The notes under the pieces were generated by a model. It saw only the letters and a program-made list of their open reading frames with translations. It was not told the origin of the DNA and made no database searches. The translations under genes were made by a program, and so were the position numbers. This document shows, one piece after another, positions 17,448 through 26,936 of a stretch of DNA of 34,865 nt. Source of the DNA: a virus (lineage: Duplodnaviria > Caudoviricetes); the IMG/VR virus record IMGVR_UViG_3300025530_000409, positions 1 through 34,865 of that record. One strand, written 5' to 3'. How positions within the stretch are numbered: the first letter of the stretch is position 1; each line of letters opens with the position of its first letter.

Positions 17448-18583
17448 GCGGCGGTCTCCTCTGCCTCAGCCACCGGGAACAGCTCGGGGTTGAAGCGGTA
17501 GTCTTTCATGAAGTTCTGCAGAATTGTCCAGAAGATCCGCTTGTTCTCCTCAATCATCTCGACCGGCTCGAACAGCGAATAGCTCCCGTGGCTGAGCAGT
17601 TGCACGTATCGGAAACGCAGCGTGCCGTCCTCGTCGTCCGGGTCGCGCTTCATCACGTCGCCGAAATGGCTGAAGCCGTGAAAGGTCGCGGTCTTTTCCA
17701 TGATGCTGCGGAGGATGGTGAAATGATAGGTGTAGAGCGACCCCGATTGCGCGGCCGCATGCAGCTCCTTCAGCATGGCGACGTGGTAGAAGCGCGGCGT
17801 CTGGCCCGTGTCGCGCAGCTGCCAACCCGCGCCGTCGCAACTCAGGCAGAACTGCCACGGCTTGCTCAGCTCGTTGCACATCACGTTGAAGAACAGCGTG
17901 TGGTGGGACGACACGACTGCCTTCAGCCGGTCCTGATCCTTCAGCATCCGCGCCAGATGGGCGCCCACGGCGATGGCGTTGTTCTCGTCGAGTGAGGAAA
18001 TCGGGTCGTCGATGTAGAGGTATTTGACCCAAGTGTAGGCTTCCTGCCCGTCGATGGCGAGCTGGGCGACGGCAAGGAAGAAACACCAGATGAAGATGTT
18101 TTCCTCGCCGCGCGAGATCTTGATATTGTCGAGGCGGATGGTCTCGAACGTGCCATCTTCATTCGGCACCCGCTCATCACGGAAGAAGGCGATGACGCCT
18201 TCGTCATAGTTGATGGCAAAATCGAACTCGCAATACCGGTGCAGGAGGGGGCGGATGCGGCTTTCCATCTCCAGCTCGGCGAGGCCGTCGAAGAAGGCCG
18301 AAGCGGTGTTCATCCGCAGCACGCGGTCGCGGTCGTTTTCCAGGTCGTTGTCCCAGCTGAAGAGGTCTTCGGTGAAGGCATTGAAATAGAGCGTGTCGCG
18401 GGCAGTGGTCTGGCCGTCGTCGTTGCGCGTCTTGCCCAGCTCCTTGAAGGCCATCGACAGACGGGTCTTGCCGATGCCGTTGTGGGCGAAGATCAGGGTG
18501 ACCTTCTTGTTCTTCGCCTCGATTTCCTCGCGCAGATGGGCGGCCAGCGCCGCGAGCGTGGGGAAGTTCCGGCTGTCGGCCAT
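17444..18583 (-). CDS. prrC: PrrC anticodon nuclease (ABC-type NTPase + nuclease domain)
   Basis: Walker A HNGIGKTRLS, PrrC box LYFNAFTEDLFSWDND, ISRGEE signature, YIDDPISSLD, HFTILRSIMEKTA (R/E) and LSHG (H); lies inside the hsd locus. Confidence 0.9.
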   Translation of the reverse strand: MADSRNFPTLAALAAHLREEIEAKNKKVTLIFAHNGIGKTRLSMAFKELGKTRNDDGQTTARDTLYFNAFTEDLFSWDNDLENDRDRVLRMNTASAFFDGLAELEMESRIRPLLHRYCEFDFAINYDEGVIAFFRDERVPNEDGTFETIRLDNIKISRGEENIFIWCFFLAVAQLAIDGQEAYTWVKYLYIDDPISSLDENNAIAVGAHLARMLKDQDRLKAVVSSHHTLFFNVMCNELSKPWQFCLSCDGAGWQLRDTGQTPRFYHVAMLKELHAAAQSGSLYTYHFTILRSIMEKTATFHGFSHFGDVMKRDPDDEDGTLRFRYVQLLSHGSYSLFEPVEMIEENKRIFWTILQNFMKDYRFNPELFPVAEAEETAA

Positions 18584-18586
18584 GGA

Positions 18587-19240
18587 TCAATCGACCTCCC
18601 GCGGGAAAAGCCGGTTCATCAGCCCACGCTTGTGGGTCTTGAGCGCCTCGATGGTCTCGCCCTGCGCCCGGATTAGATCGTCGAGGGAAGTAAGACAGTC
18701 GGCGATTTGCTGTTGTTCGGGGAGGCTCGGAACAGGAATCTGAAAAGCCACAAGCGATGAAGTGGAAATTTCCTTGAAGCCCGCTCCTGCGCCGATGTCA
18801 TTCAGGCGAGTCTTTGCATTCAGGAGACCGAAGTAGAGGAATTCGTGGTGCACGTCTGCACATGGAACGATCCCCTTGCACCCCTGGTTCGTCGCCATTT
18901 CGACGGAGTTGATCGTCACGTATCCGATCGGCGCACGGCTTGATATGATCACCGAATTGACCGGCAACAGTTCGGCGGAGGAGTTGCGAAGCCCTTCCGC
19001 CGAGATCGTCCGAACTGTCGCGCTTGTGTAATGAGTGGCGGCATCATCCCCCATCTCCGCGGGTGTGATCCAAGGGATTCCACCGTTCCAGTATTCGGCT
19101 ACAGAGGTCGCGGGTGTTCCTCCTTGGGCGATCCGTTCCGAAAGATCGGCTATGCTCTTCACCTCCCACGGCCCTGTGTCGCGGAACTCGGGAAAGCGCA
19201 GTCTGGGCACCGGTCCAGCCTTCACCTCAGGCATCTTCAT
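18587..19240 (-). CDS. hsdS: Type I R-M specificity subunit S, half-size (single TRD)
   Basis: VPRLRFPEF, GGTP, SSRAPIG, TNQG, PSLPEQQQIADCLTSLDDLI...KRGLMNRLF; only 217 aa. Confidence 0.92.
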   Translation of the reverse strand: MKMPEVKAGPVPRLRFPEFRDTGPWEVKSIADLSERIAQGGTPATSVAEYWNGGIPWITPAEMGDDAATHYTSATVRTISAEGLRNSSAELLPVNSVIISSRAPIGYVTINSVEMATNQGCKGIVPCADVHHEFLYFGLLNAKTRLNDIGAGAGFKEISTSSLVAFQIPVPSLPEQQQIADCLTSLDDLIRAQGETIEALKTHKRGLMNRLFPREVD

Positions 19241-22214
19241 AGACCTCCAGCCCCGAAATCTCTTGGCCTTGGGCCTTCTTGCGCAGAAGCGGGATGAGGT
19301 CTTCCATCAGCGCCAGCTCGGCGCGGCTGCGCGCCTTCCAGCCCAGACCCTTGGGGCGGAAAAGCTCGGTCAGTTTCTCGGGATAGAAGATGTTGAAGCG
19401 CAGGATGCCTGCGACGAAGTCCTTCAGCGCGTCGAGGGGCAGCTCGTGCTTCTCGGCGATGCGGGCGAGTTCCGCCTCTTCGCGCGCGGCCTTGAAGCGG
19501 GCGTAGCCTGCGCGAATCTCGTCCTCGCTCAGGGCTTCGCCCTCGGCCAGCGTGGCGACATAGGCCTCGAGATCCTCGCGCTCGTCCATCAGCCGGGCGG
19601 AGGAGGCGAGAAGGCCCATCAGCTCTTCGCGCGTCATCTTCTGCCTCGCTGGCGGCTGGCTGGTGAAGCGCGCGATGAGCTTCATGATGTAGTCGTAATC
19701 GATCAACGCCGAGTCGAAGAGCACGAATTCGAATTCCAACTGCTGGATCGGATCGTCGGGGTCGTCGGTCTTGCGCTGGCGCTCCTGCAGGCGCTTGGCG
19801 ACCTCCAGATACTGGGCCGAGAAGGCGCGCAAATCGTCGCGCGGGATCAGCGCCTCGATCTTCGCCTTGGCCGCGTCGTCCAGGTCGGTGTACTGGTCCA
19901 GCTGGGTGGCAAGGCGCTTGACCTCCTTGAAGCGTTCGATGAAGCCCGCCCGCGCCTCGTCGCCCTTGAGGTTGGAGACGTCTTCGGGCCGGGGCTCCAC
20001 TCCTTGCGATCGCATGAAGTCTTCGAACTTGCGCGTGGCCTCGGCCAGCTTCTCGATGACCTTGGGCGCGGGATCGACCAGCCAGACCTCGCGCGCGCGG
20101 TCCGCCGCCTCGCCCGAGAAGAGCGCGATGGCTTCGTCCACCGCGTCCTTCTGCGCGCGGAAGTCGAGGATGTTGCCGTAGGGCTTGGAATCGTTCAGGA
20201 CCCGGTTGGTGCGCGAAAAGGCCTGGATGAGGCCGTGATATTTCAGGTTCTTGTCGACGTAGAGCGTATTCAGGTAGGCCGAGTCGAAGCCCGTCAGCAG
20301 CATGTCCACGACAATGGTAATGTCGATCTTCCGCTCGCGCGGCAGGTCGGAGTTGGGATATTTCTGATCCTTTATCCGCTGCTGCACGTCCTGATAGTAG
20401 CTGTCGAATTCCGCGATCCGGTGGTTGGTGCCGTAGCGGGCGTTGTAGTCGTCGATGATCTCGGCCAGCGCCTCCTTCTTGCGGTTTGGCTCGACCTTGT
20501 TGTCTTCCAGCTCCTGCGGCAGGTCCTCCTGCAACTGGGCGACATCGCGGTTACCCTCGGCCGGGGGTGAGAAGACGCAGGCGATGTTGAGGGGGATGAA
20601 GTCCTCGCGCGCCGCGGCGCGCTCGGCCTGGATCTCCTTGAACAGGTGGAAATACTCGATCGCGTCGTCGATCTTGGCGGTAGCGAAGAGAGCGTTGAAC
20701 TTGCGCTGGTTGGTGGCGGCGTCGTGCTTGTCGAGGATTGCCTCGACCACCGCCCGCTTGGCCAGCGTCTCGCCGGGCTTGATTGGTGCGCCCTCGGGCT
20801 TGAAGTAGTCCACATGGAAGCGCAGCACGTTGCCGTCTTCGATGGCGTGGGTGATCGTGTAGGCGTGGAGCTCCTGCTGAAAGACCTCCTGCGTGGTCAT
20901 CAGGCGCGCTTCCTCGCCCTCGATCCGAACCGCGCTGGCGTTTTTCTCGAAGATCGGCGTGCCGGTGAAGCCGAAGAGCTGGGCGTTGGGGAAGAACTCC
21001 TTGATGGCCTTGTGGTTCTCGCCGAACTGCGAGCGGTGGCATTCGTCGAAGATGAAGACCACGCGCTTGTCACGCAGCGGTTCAAGACGCTCGCGATACT
21101 GGCGCTTGTTCGTCCCGTCCAGCGCCAGGCCCAGCTTCTGGATGGTGGTGACGATGACCTTGTCCTTGTAGTCCTCCGACAGGAGGCGCCGCACCAGGGT
21201 TTCGGTGTTGGTGTTCTCCTCGACGCAATTCGGCTGGAAGCGGTTGAATTCCTCGCGAGTCTGCTTGTCGAGGTCCTTGCGGTCGACCACGAACAGGCAT
21301 TTCTCGATGTCGGGATTGTCCTTGAGGAGCGTCGAGGCCTTGAACGAGGTCAGGGTCTTGCCCGAGCCGGTCGTGTGCCAGATGTAACCGTTGCCGCGGT
21401 TCTCGTGGATGCAATCGACGATCGCCTTGACCGCATAGATCTGATACGGGCGCATCATCATGAGCTTCCGCTCGTTCTGGATGAGCACCATGTAGCGGCT
21501 GATCATCTCGGCGAGCGTGCATTTCGCCAGAAATGCGTCAGCGAACTGACCAAGGTTTTCGACCTTCTTGTTGTCGCGGGTGGCCCACCGGTAAATCGGT
21601 AGGAACCGCTCCTCGACATTGAAGGAGAAATGCTCGTTGTTGTTGTTGGCGAAATACCACGTCTGGCTGCGATTGCTGACGATGAACAGCTGCATGAAGC
21701 AGAGCAGGCTGTTCGTGTAGCCGTTGCTGGGATCATTGCGGTAATCAATGATCTGCTGCATCGCGCGGCGCGGCGAGACCTGCAGCGATTTCAGTTCGAT
21801 CTGCACGAGTGGCAGACCGTTGACCAGGAGGATAACATCGTAACGGTGGTGACTGCTTTTCGTATTGATGCGCAGCTGGTTGACGACCTCGAAAGTGTTC
21901 TTGCACCAGTCCCGCAGGTTGACGAGCTGGTAGTGAAGAGGAGTGCCGTCTTCTCGCTCGAAGGTGTTGCGAGTGCGCAGTCGTTCCGAGTTTGCGAACA
22001 CGTCAGGGGTTACAATCGTGTCAAGAAGCCGTTCGAATTCGCTATCTGTGAGTTTGACCCGATTAAGAGCCTCGAACTTCTCGCGAAAATTCCTCTCCAA
22101 GGCGTCGCGGTCGCGGATATCGTCGCGGCGAATATACTTGAGCCCTTCAAGTTTACGAATCAGTTCCTGCTCTATTTCGAGTTCTTTTGTCATTTGTCTC
22201 GCCGAACCTGCCAT
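19227..22214 (-). CDS. hsdR: Type I R-M restriction subunit R
   Basis: RYDVILLVNGLPLVQIELK nuclease motif, HTTGSGKT, DECHR, FTGTP, MLLTGFD, QAFSRTNR; start 22214 or 22193. Confidence 0.97.
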   Translation of the reverse strand: MAGSARQMTKELEIEQELIRKLEGLKYIRRDDIRDRDALERNFREKFEALNRVKLTDSEFERLLDTIVTPDVFANSERLRTRNTFEREDGTPLHYQLVNLRDWCKNTFEVVNQLRINTKSSHHRYDVILLVNGLPLVQIELKSLQVSPRRAMQQIIDYRNDPSNGYTNSLLCFMQLFIVSNRSQTWYFANNNNEHFSFNVEERFLPIYRWATRDNKKVENLGQFADAFLAKCTLAEMISRYMVLIQNERKLMMMRPYQIYAVKAIVDCIHENRGNGYIWHTTGSGKTLTSFKASTLLKDNPDIEKCLFVVDRKDLDKQTREEFNRFQPNCVEENTNTETLVRRLLSEDYKDKVIVTTIQKLGLALDGTNKRQYRERLEPLRDKRVVFIFDECHRSQFGENHKAIKEFFPNAQLFGFTGTPIFEKNASAVRIEGEEARLMTTQEVFQQELHAYTITHAIEDGNVLRFHVDYFKPEGAPIKPGETLAKRAVVEAILDKHDAATNQRKFNALFATAKIDDAIEYFHLFKEIQAERAAAREDFIPLNIACVFSPPAEGNRDVAQLQEDLPQELEDNKVEPNRKKEALAEIIDDYNARYGTNHRIAEFDSYYQDVQQRIKDQKYPNSDLPRERKIDITIVVDMLLTGFDSAYLNTLYVDKNLKYHGLIQAFSRTNRVLNDSKPYGNILDFRAQKDAVDEAIALFSGEAADRAREVWLVDPAPKVIEKLAEATRKFEDFMRSQGVEPRPEDVSNLKGDEARAGFIERFKEVKRLATQLDQYTDLDDAAKAKIEALIPRDDLRAFSAQYLEVAKRLQERQRKTDDPDDPIQQLEFEFVLFDSALIDYDYIMKLIARFTSQPPARQKMTREELMGLLASSARLMDEREDLEAYVATLAEGEALSEDEIRAGYARFKAAREEAELARIAEKHELPLDALKDFVAGILRFNIFYPEKLTELFRPKGLGWKARSRAELALMEDLIPLLRKKAQGQEISGLEVYEDA

Positions 22215-22255
22215 CGTCACACCGCCGTCTTCGGAGCGGAAGGACTGCCAAAGAA

Positions 22256-22651
22256 CTACCCATCGCGGGCGATCATGTCGAGACGCTGGTGTCGCCAATC
22301 CAGCGGGAATGGCTCCAGCACCTGCGCGAGCGTCACCCCAGGCCCCTTCTTCCCGTCCAGAATCGCCTCGACGATGTCGGGCGCGAGAAGTGTCAGGCGC
22401 AGGACGCGGGTCATGTATGAGGGCGCAATGCCCTCACGCTCGGCCAGTTCGGCGATGGTGGCGTATTCGCCCGACTCAAGCATCCGCTTCCATCGAAAAG
22501 CACGGGCCAGCGCCTTGACCAGCGCGCTATCTGTTCGGCGCGGCTGCACGGCACCTTCCGGCATCTGCATCTCCTTCCGCCCGCCACGCTTCACTATGCG
22601 GAATGGGACATGCAGGGTGATGGTATCGGGGATCGGCTTCGCTCGGGTCAT
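22256..22651 (-). CDS. HTH-containing protein resembling the C-terminal module often fused to this family of serine recombinases
   Basis: ALVKALARAFRWKRMLESGEYATIAELAEREGIAPSYMTRVLRLTLLAPDIVEAILDG; ATGA overlap with the recombinase stop. Confidence 0.8.
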   Translation of the reverse strand: MTRAKPIPDTITLHVPFRIVKRGGRKEMQMPEGAVQPRRTDSALVKALARAFRWKRMLESGEYATIAELAEREGIAPSYMTRVLRLTLLAPDIVEAILDGKKGPGVTLAQVLEPFPLDWRHQRLDMIARDG

Positions 22652-23973
22652 GCTGCGGCTTCGATATTGCCGGCCAGCATCTCGCGCATGAGGCCACGAA
22701 GGCCGTCCACGCGTAGTCGTACGTTCAAACCATCCACGCCGATGTCGACGCGTTCGACCAGCAGCGCCACGATGCGCGCCTGCTCGGCGGGGAAGAGCTC
22801 GTCCCACAGCGGGTCTAGCTGCTGCAGAGCTGCGCGGGCGTCGGCCTCGGTGATGTCGTCGGCGTGGGCGCGCGCCGCCTTCCACGTTCCAGCAACGATC
22901 TCCGGCTGACGGAACACGGCGCGCAGCTGGTCGATGACGGCGGCCTCGATCTCGCCCGCCGGGACTCGGCCCACCGGGCATGACCCGGCGCCATGCTTCA
23001 ACACCGTCTGGCTGACATAGTAGCGGTAGAGCCGGTCGCCCTTCCTCGTATGGGTCGGCGAGAAGGCCGCGCCGTCCGGTCCGAACAACAGCCCCTTCAG
23101 CAGCGCCGGCGTCTCGGCGCGGGTGCGCGCGGCGCGCTTGCGCGGGCTCTCCTGCAGGATGGCGTGGACACGGTCCCACGTCTCGCGGTCGATGATGGCG
23201 TCGTGCTCGCCGGGGTAGCTGTCGCCCTTGTGCACCGCCTCGCCGATGTAGGCGCGGTTGTTCAGCATCCTGTAGAGGTATTTCTTGTCGATTTGGTTGC
23301 CGCGTGGGGTGCGGATGCCGCGTTTCGCGACCTCCCGCGCCAGTTCCGTGCCCGAGCCGATCTCGAGGAAGCGGGCGAAGATCCAGCGGACATGCTCGGC
23401 CGCTTCGTCATCGATCACCAGCTTCCGATTCTCGACGCGATAGCCATAGGGCGGCACCCCGCCCATCCACATGCCCTTTTTCCGGCTGGCAGCGACCTTG
23501 TCGCGGATGCGCTCGGCTGTGACCTCGCGCTCGAACTGGGCGAAGGACAGCAGGATGTTCAGCGTCAGCCGCCCCATGGAGGTGGTGGTATTGAACGACT
23601 GCGTGACCGAAACGAACGTGACGCCATTTCGGTCGAACACCTCGACCAGCTTGGCGAAGTCGGCCAGCGACCGCGACAGTCGGTCGATCTTGTAGACCAC
23701 CACCACATCGACCAGCCCGTCCTCGATGTCCTCCAGCAGCCGCTGCAGGCCGGGACGTTCCAGCGTGCCGCCGGAGATCCCGCCGTCATCATACTGATCG
23801 CGGACGAGTACCCAGCCTTCCGACCGCTGGCTGGCGATGTAGGATTCGCAGGCGTCGCGCTGGGCGTGCAGGCTGTTGAACTCCTGCTCCAACCCTTCCT
23901 CGGAGGATTTCCGGGTGTAGACGGCACACCGCAGCTTGCGGACGACCTTCGCTTTTTCGGGTGGCTTCGTCAT
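22648..23973 (-). CDS. Large serine recombinase
   Basis: CAVYTRKS (catalytic Ser), SLHAQ, DGGISG, RPGLQRLL, VYKIDRLSRS, FAQFERE, GGVPPYGY, YIG...HDAII; start MTKPP overlaps the DUF2924 stop. Confidence 0.95.
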   Translation of the reverse strand: MTKPPEKAKVVRKLRCAVYTRKSSEEGLEQEFNSLHAQRDACESYIASQRSEGWVLVRDQYDDGGISGGTLERPGLQRLLEDIEDGLVDVVVVYKIDRLSRSLADFAKLVEVFDRNGVTFVSVTQSFNTTTSMGRLTLNILLSFAQFEREVTAERIRDKVAASRKKGMWMGGVPPYGYRVENRKLVIDDEAAEHVRWIFARFLEIGSGTELAREVAKRGIRTPRGNQIDKKYLYRMLNNRAYIGEAVHKGDSYPGEHDAIIDRETWDRVHAILQESPRKRAARTRAETPALLKGLLFGPDGAAFSPTHTRKGDRLYRYYVSQTVLKHGAGSCPVGRVPAGEIEAAVIDQLRAVFRQPEIVAGTWKAARAHADDITEADARAALQQLDPLWDELFPAEQARIVALLVERVDIGVDGLNVRLRVDGLRGLMREMLAGNIEAAA

Positions 23974-24425
23974 TTCCGCCCCCTGTGGTTCTTGAGGCCG
24001 AAGAACACCCAGCCGTTCCAGCGCGTGCCGGTGATGGCCCGCGCAATGGCAGACAGCGATTTGTAGGGCCGCCCCTGCCATTCGAACCCGTCGGCTGTGA
24101 CGGTGACGATCTGCTCGACGCCCTGCCACTCGCGCAGCAGCCGCGTGCCGGTGATCGGGCGGTCGCGATCTGCGCGCAGGCTCCGCTTCGCACGGTCGCC
24201 GCCATCCAGTTCCTCGCCGAGCCGCTCCAGCCGCCGGATCGTTTCGGGCTTCAACCCGCCATAGGCGAGCTCCTGGATTCGGTAGGCCAGCCGGCTTTCC
24301 AGGTAGCGGCGGTTGAACGGCGGCGGCTCGCTGTCGAACAGGTCGCGCCACTGCGCCTTCAGCTCCGGCGTCGTCGCGGTCTTCAGCGCGGCCAGGCGCG
24401 CGGGGATGGGATCGTGCGGATTCAT
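23970..24425 (-). CDS. DUF2924-family protein
   Basis: LAYRIQELAYGGL...GTRLLREWQG...YKSLSAIARAITGTRWNGWVFFGL; usual position upstream of an LSR. Confidence 0.9.
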   Translation of the reverse strand: MNPHDPIPARLAALKTATTPELKAQWRDLFDSEPPPFNRRYLESRLAYRIQELAYGGLKPETIRRLERLGEELDGGDRAKRSLRADRDRPITGTRLLREWQGVEQIVTVTADGFEWQGRPYKSLSAIARAITGTRWNGWVFFGLKNHRGRK

Positions 24426-24625
24426 GCGGTCCTCCGGTCGGTTGAACCTGCACTACCGCTCCGGTCGAGCGAGTTGTGTAGCGGAAATTCTCCCTTCTTC
24501 GCAGAGAGTTGCCCGTTCTCCCGTATCCGCAGCCTGACCAACCCTGCCGCCAGCAGTCGACAGAGTTCCGCGCGGCGTTCGACCGGAGTCATCAGTTCGG
24601 GCGACAGGGGATTGGGGTGTTTCAT
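24422..24625 (-). CDS. Small hypothetical protein
   Basis: 67 aa, ATGA overlaps on both sides; MTPVERRAELCRLLAAGLVRL. Confidence 0.7.
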   Translation of the reverse strand: MKHPNPLSPELMTPVERRAELCRLLAAGLVRLRIRENGQLSAKKGEFPLHNSLDRSGSAGSTDRRTA

Positions 24626-26304
24626 GCGGCGGCACGACCCGTGTCGCGGAGCACCGCCGCGCGGATTGCGGCGCGGTTCCAGCGGAAGTTGAGGTGGCAG
24701 TTGGCGGCATATTTCGAAAGCCCGAAATCCATGCCGCTGGTATCGAAGCCTGCGCGCTGCAGCAGTTCGATCTGGCGCATGGTGGCGGGATCGTTAAGCC
24801 AGCGTTTGCTCTTGGCGGCGGCGCTGGAGGTCTCGGTCATGCGCAGGAAATCGTCAGCCGCCGCCAGCGCCTGCACCCGCGTGCCGACCGCAAGGGGGCG
24901 GATCGCCTGGCCCTTGGGCCGGCCGAGCGCGTGCCAAAGCGTACCGTCGTGGAATACGCCAGCCCAGCCCTGGAAGCCGCTGGCCATCAGCGCTTGGCCG
25001 TCGCCATGCAGCGCTACCCAGAAGAACGGAGAGCGATCCAGAAGATCGATCTCGGTCATCTCGAAGGCGGTCAGCAGGCGTTTCTCGCCGATCTCGCGGG
25101 TGAAGACGTGGCCGCAGAGATCGCAGATGGAGGCACCGAGCGGCAGTTCGGCCTCGCAGGACGGGCAGGTCTTCCACGGGCGCTCGCCAGGCGGGGTCTC
25201 GTCCTCGTCGAGATCGATCTCCTGCTCTAGCGTGCCATGGCGAAGTGCCGCGCCCGCAAAATCCAGCACGATGCAGTCGGTCTTGACGATGCCGGGGAAG
25301 CGTTCGGGATCCACCCGGCGCAAGCCACGTCCGACCGCCTGAATGAAGGTGCCCTTGTGCAGCATGGGGCGCAGGATGCCGATGCAGCCCACGGGCTGGC
25401 TGTCGAAGCCTTCGGTCAGCACCATGCAGTTGGTGAGAACCTGAACCTCGCCCCGGTCGAAGCGGGCGATGAGCTTCGCGCGCGCCCGCGCCGGCATGTC
25501 CCCCGCGATCGTCTCGGCCGAAACGCCCGCAGCCCGAAACGCGTCGGCCACGGCCAAGGCATGGTCCACGGTCGCGCAGAAGAAGATCGTGCGCCGGTCG
25601 GCGGCCTTGTCCATCCAGTGCTCGACCACGGCCTCGTTGAGCACAGCGCGATTGAGCACCTTGTCCGCCTGGCGCATGTCGAAATCGCCGGCGGTGCTGT
25701 CGATGCCGGAGAGTTCATTCTCGATCCCGAGGTCGATGGTGAAGGTCCGGGGCGGGACCAGCAGGCCACGCGCGATGAGCGTGCCGATCCGCAGGTGATA
25801 GCCGACATTGCTGAAGGTCTTGCGCAGGCTGCGGCCATCGCCGCGGCCGGGCGTGGCGGAGAGGCCCAAGAGCTTCAGGCCAGGACTGACCTCGCGCGCA
25901 TGGGCCAGGATCGCCTGGTAGCTCGCGGCGGCCGCGCGGTGGCATTCGTCGATCACCAGATGGCTCAGTTTCGGCATGGATGCGCGGCGGTGTTCCCGGG
26001 CGAGCGTCTGCACGCTGCCGAAGATCACCGGGCCGTCCCAGCAATCCTGTTCTGCCTTCACCACCGAGGTGTCGAGGCCCGAGATCTGCCCGATCGCCGA
26101 TCGGTTCTGGTCGATGAGTTCATCGGTGTGCTGAAGCACCAGCACCTTGGCATCACGGTCCCGTTCGGCCTGTTCGCCGACATAGAAGCCGGCGATGGCC
26201 GTCTTGCCGGCTCCGGTCGGCAGCACGAGCATGGTATTGCCGTGCTCGGCCGAGCGGTCATGGGCGGCGTCGACCGCGGCCCGCTGATAGTCGCGAGGGA
26301 TCAT
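24622..26304 (-). CDS. Superfamily 2 DEAD/DEAH-box helicase (phage-type)
   Basis: PRDYQ, LPTGAGKT, IDECH, LSATP, LTEGFD, QAVGRGLR, CPSC...CDLC zinc finger. Confidence 0.95.
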   Translation of the reverse strand: MIPRDYQRAAVDAAHDRSAEHGNTMLVLPTGAGKTAIAGFYVGEQAERDRDAKVLVLQHTDELIDQNRSAIGQISGLDTSVVKAEQDCWDGPVIFGSVQTLAREHRRASMPKLSHLVIDECHRAAAASYQAILAHAREVSPGLKLLGLSATPGRGDGRSLRKTFSNVGYHLRIGTLIARGLLVPPRTFTIDLGIENELSGIDSTAGDFDMRQADKVLNRAVLNEAVVEHWMDKAADRRTIFFCATVDHALAVADAFRAAGVSAETIAGDMPARARAKLIARFDRGEVQVLTNCMVLTEGFDSQPVGCIGILRPMLHKGTFIQAVGRGLRRVDPERFPGIVKTDCIVLDFAGAALRHGTLEQEIDLDEDETPPGERPWKTCPSCEAELPLGASICDLCGHVFTREIGEKRLLTAFEMTEIDLLDRSPFFWVALHGDGQALMASGFQGWAGVFHDGTLWHALGRPKGQAIRPLAVGTRVQALAAADDFLRMTETSSAAAKSKRWLNDPATMRQIELLQRAGFDTSGMDFGLSKYAANCHLNFRWNRAAIRAAVLRDTGRAAA

Positions 26305-26315
26305 GGCGGCCTCCC

Positions 26316-26933
26316 TCAGCGCGCCCAGAAGGGTGCGCCGCCGGCAGAAGGCGCCTGATGCGTGGACTGCGCCGGGGGCGTTTGCGGCGGCGCCGACACC
26401 GCCTTGCCGGCCGAGGGCGCCGCCCCCATCACGGCGGCATATTGCGCGTGTTCGGGGCCGATCGCCGCCTTGATCACGTTGCGACCGGCATCGTCGGGGT
26501 TGTTGCGGTCCTTCTCGACGCCGACCTTGGCCACGAAATCGAGCCCGTTGAGATCGCCGAGGCTGCGGATCATCCGGGCCGTGCGTGCCACCTCTGATTG
26601 GTCGCTGGCCTTGATGCCGCGCGCCGATTCCAGAATGCCGCGAATGAGGGCGCGGCCACGGTTGGCATAGGTGTCCTCGCCGCGCTCGTTGACGCTTTTT
26701 CCCTTGAATCCGATGCGGGTGTAGATGCGCCGCCGGGCATGGGGGCCTTCCAGCACCACGGCTTCGGTGTTGAGGTAGAGGGCGGAACTGGTGCGGCTCT
26801 GGGAGAGCCAGCCCTCGGGGCCGGTGCCGCCGGGGCGAATGCTCAGCGTCACCTTGACGAGGGTGTTTGCCGGAATGAGGTCGAATGCGGCAAACACCCT
26901 CTCGGCGCCGTTGAAATCCATGCTGTCCGCCAT
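26316..26933 (-). CDS. Phage-type protein, possibly a DUF669-like ssDNA-binding protein
   Basis: Beta-rich body with a flexible tail ending APFWAR; between the AAA ATPase and the helicase, the usual SSB position. Confidence 0.65.
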   Translation of the reverse strand: MADSMDFNGAERVFAAFDLIPANTLVKVTLSIRPGGTGPEGWLSQSRTSSALYLNTEAVVLEGPHARRRIYTRIGFKGKSVNERGEDTYANRGRALIRGILESARGIKASDQSEVARTARMIRSLGDLNGLDFVAKVGVEKDRNNPDDAGRNVIKAAIGPEHAQYAAVMGAAPSAGKAVSAPPQTPPAQSTHQAPSAGGAPFWAR

Positions 26934-26936
26934 GGG

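Noticed and set aside
17444-18583. Functional link between PrrC and the adjacent split tRNA-Ser
   Set aside because: Characterised PrrC cleaves tRNA-Lys, and the tRNA split is explained by integrase crossover at the DNA level
22648-24453. 601-aa recombinase, and likewise the 436-aa ATPase and 899-aa primase as given in the ORF track
   Set aside because: The N-terminal extensions overlap real upstream genes; ATGA-coupled internal starts (23973, 27833, 32493) fit better
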